Virus record (IMG/VR): IMGVR_UViG_3300045988_116178
Location: 1-41,032 of that record
Strand: one strand, 5' to 3'
DNA: 41,032 nt
From: a virus
The number at the start of each line of letters is the position of its first letter. Positions within the stretch are counted from its first letter, which is position 1. The notes under the pieces are model-generated. The model did not search any database. It was not told the origin of the DNA and saw nothing but the letters and a program-made list of their open reading frames with translations. Below, piece by piece: positions 40,287 to 41,032 of this stretch. A program made the translations under genes and the position numbers.

Positions 40287-40630
40287 CCGAAACAAAAAGC
40301 ACACTACAAAACGAACTAACCGCACTAAACAGGACACTACAGGATGCACTCAAAGCGTACCATAAGGAAACGGCGGATATCGGCTTTATTGAAGTGTTGA
40401 CATTCCTGCTCCCCTTTGACTGGAATAAGGAATCAATTGAGAAGCGCGGCAAGACTGTTATCTTCGTAGCCCAACACGCTCACCGCGCGGTGTTGAATAA
40501 AGCTGTTGCGGAGAGAGAGGCCCGCAGGCAGGAGCAGCGTTACCGTTTGGACGCTATTGCAACAATCATTTATGATCTGAAAGCTAAGCTTGATGAAGCA
40601 GTTGAACTAGCAGAGAAAGGAGTGCTGTAG
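40283..40630 (+). CDS. Hypothetical protein
   Basis: 115 aa with an ATGA overlap with the upstream gene. Confidence 0.8.
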   Translation: MTETKSTLQNELTALNRTLQDALKAYHKETADIGFIEVLTFLLPFDWNKESIEKRGKTVIFVAQHAHRAVLNKAVAEREARRQEQRYRLDAIATIIYDLKAKLDEAVELAEKGVL

Positions 40631-40632
40631 GA

Positions 40633-41032
40633 ATGCACCGGATTGACCCCTACGAATTGAAGTACGGAAACCCCGACTGGTGCCACGACGCGCAACCAGA
40701 CGGACAGAAAGTGGTTACGAGCCTTCTTGAAGATTTCAGGGCCAACCCCGACCAGTATCTCAACACATTCTGGTTTCCTGACAAACAAACAGGACAGATC
40801 TACAGTATTGACGACGCGATGGAAAACGGGTACCCGTTCGCCGCCACACTACACGACCATGCAGACCACACTAACCTACATGTGCGCTGGTGGATTGGTG
40901 GCAAGGAATACGTGTGCGAGTATAAACTCACTACTTGCTTCGTGCCGGGGGAAGAAGATGAGACTATTCCTGAAGTGGCTTTCACACGCATGAAAGAAGG
41001 TGTCTACGATATTGAAGGTAACGCGGGGCGCG
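40633..41032 (+). CDS. N-terminal portion of AWFFPxG-family paralog 4 (runs off the window end; this frame continues to the TGA at 145-147)
   Basis: ATG at 40633 after GGAG. Contains the family N-terminal motif (FRANPDQYLNTFWF). The conserved C-terminal half lies in the +1 frame (23-235). Confidence 0.7.
   Translation, partial: MHRIDPYELKYGNPDWCHDAQPDGQKVVTSLLEDFRANPDQYLNTFWFPDKQTGQIYSIDDAMENGYPFAATLHDHADHTNLHVRWWIGGKEYVCEYKLTTCFVPGEEDETIPEVAFTRMKEGVYDIEGNAGR
40978..41032. repeat. Terminal overlap identical to 1-55
   Basis: See the feature at 1-55. Confidence 0.95.

Noticed and set aside
1-41032. Search for retron/DGR reverse transcriptase, toxin-antitoxin pairs, integrase, transposase or other mobile elements
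   Set aside because: No ORF shows RT (YxDD), recombinase or transposase motifs to my eye, and no inverted-repeat-bounded insertion was apparent. This absence rests on inspection only, not on profile searches.

Overview
The window is one complete, circularly closed dsDNA phage genome. Positions 1-55 are identical to 40978-41032, so the unique length is 40,977 bp. It has a siphovirus-type layout, with a tape measure protein and a major tail protein but no sheath. Function calls rest on motifs I recognise plus gene order; no database search was run. One leftward (minus-strand) arm of about 29 kb (33231 down to 4265) encodes, in order: HNH endonuclease, small terminase, NrdH-like redoxin, tRNA-Leu(CAA), a 650-nt ORF-free spacer, large terminase, portal, MuF-like protein, scaffold, major capsid, four head-tail joining proteins, major tail protein, tail chaperones with a -1 frameshift, a 1588-aa tape measure, four minor tail proteins, endolysin and holin. 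The same arm continues into a replication/recombination block: HTH protein, DEDD exonuclease, Cas4-type nuclease, RecA-fold DnaB-like ATPase, resolvase-like nuclease, a DnaG-type primase split over two frames, and a two-ORF sigma-factor-like pair. I saw no DNA polymerase, integrase or repressor, so it is probably lytic and dependent on the host polymerase. A rightward (plus-strand) arm (35740 through the circular junction to 4047) encodes about 20 small, mostly acidic proteins of unknown function, including a four-member tandem paralog family. This arm is punctuated by canonical TTGACA-N17-TAnnnT promoters, long stem-loops and two tRNA-like minihelix elements. The most unusual part is the roughly 2.5-kb non-coding region between the arms (33232-35733, about 6% of the genome). 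It is a mosaic of blocks, each dominated by a restricted alphabet: a 13%-GC AT block, an array of TAACAYTWAG-type repeats, a 107-nt polypyrimidine tract, a GC hairpin, an A+C-rich block, then an abrupt flip to a G+T-rich block carrying three copies of a 14-mer. It ends with early promoters and a perfect TGTGA-N6-TCACA (CRP/GlxR-type) site. I read this region as a candidate ori/cos/regulatory hub. Host is inferred only: a Gram-positive, probably actinobacterial (Corynebacterium-like) organism.
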